From positions 498 to 64,497 of the forward strand of contig CBFDTD010000005.1 in assembly GCA_965612745.1 (NCBI GenBank): DNA of 64,000 bases. Direction: 5' to 3'. This stretch comes from an uncultured bacterium. GTDB lineage: Bacteria; Chloroflexota; Anaerolineae; B4-G1. The stretch's first letter is position 1. Each line of letters starts with the position of its first letter. Below, piece after piece: positions 63,567 to 64,000 of the stretch. The translations under genes were made by a program, and so were the position numbers. The notes beneath the pieces are model-generated. The model saw nothing but the letters and a program-made list of their open reading frames with translations. It was not told the origin of the DNA and did not search any database.

Positions 63567-64000
63567 TCATTTGAGGATGACGGGGAGGAAAATTGTATGT
63601 GACCACATCCACGACCCAGGTGAGGCCAGGAGAGCATAGGTGCCCAGCGTTGTCACCGGGGCCACCATCGCTCTCCACTCCTCGTCCAGGCTGGCCGGAA
63701 CCGCCTGCCACGTTCCACCGTTGGGGTCCCAACGGTAGAGGCCTAGCCCCTCCGGCGCCAACGCCGACCGGACCAGTCCCCCGTCGTAGTGGAGTTTCAG
63801 CAGCGCCGGCCTCTCTAATTCTACCAGTGCACCGGAGGCGGTGATGTCGTAGGGGTCGCCGATGAGTACCAATCCCTCGGGCAACGGGCCGGGCACCGCC
63901 CCCGGCGGCATCACCACCAGGTAGGCCCCCTCCCCCGGCAGGCTCCCCGCATCCAAGCGCAGGCTCAGGTTGCCGTCGTTGGAGTAGACGTCGTGGCCGC
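63567..64000 (-). CDS. C-terminal part of a secreted protein (runs off the window)
   Basis: Frame open to the window edge; LYRWDP..W..V..LGTYAL and terminal IFLPVILK motif. Confidence 0.75.
   Translation of the reverse strand, partial: GHDVYSNDGNLSLRLDAGSLPGEGAYLVVMPPGAVPGPLPEGLVLIGDPYDITASGALVELERPALLKLHYDGGLVRSALAPEGLGLYRWDPNGGTWQAVPASLDEEWRAMVAPVTTLGTYALLASPGSWMWSHTIFLPVILK

Overview
GC-rich bacterial DNA, probably Chloroflexi/Anaerolineae: secreted proteins end in 'YLPLILR' or 'IFLPVILK', and heptamer repeats are present. The left part (+ strand) holds a tandem GxxExxY gene flanked by inverted repeats, a membrane AAA/STAND ATPase, a lamin-tail/CotH/beta-helix secreted protein and tRNA-Phe(GAA). 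About 50 kb of almost uninterrupted minus-strand genes (57914 to ~7425) then run head-on into the tRNA terminator. The upstream part of this block is an excisionase-like HTH followed by a vWA / two tubulin-like (FtsZ-like) paralogs / kinase-TPR / TPR-SH3 / phosphoesterase / AAA / lipoprotein / NACHT-FGE / K+-channel-like cluster. The downstream part is a BREX/Ssp-like module: alphaCTD-sigma4-HTH protein, TGT-fold protein, DUF4007-like protein, small ATPase, BrxC-like large ATPase, PglZ-like phosphatase, HerA and GNAT. It has no methyltransferase or PAPS reductase and is interrupted by toxin-antitoxin cassettes. This TGT-containing BREX-like module is the best candidate for an undescribed system. 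At the right end, divergent from the block, are a sigma factor, a ZAS anti-sigma-like gene, a TPR-CHAT protease and an unannotated convergent small secreted peptide. All family calls come from motifs read by eye; no database search was possible.
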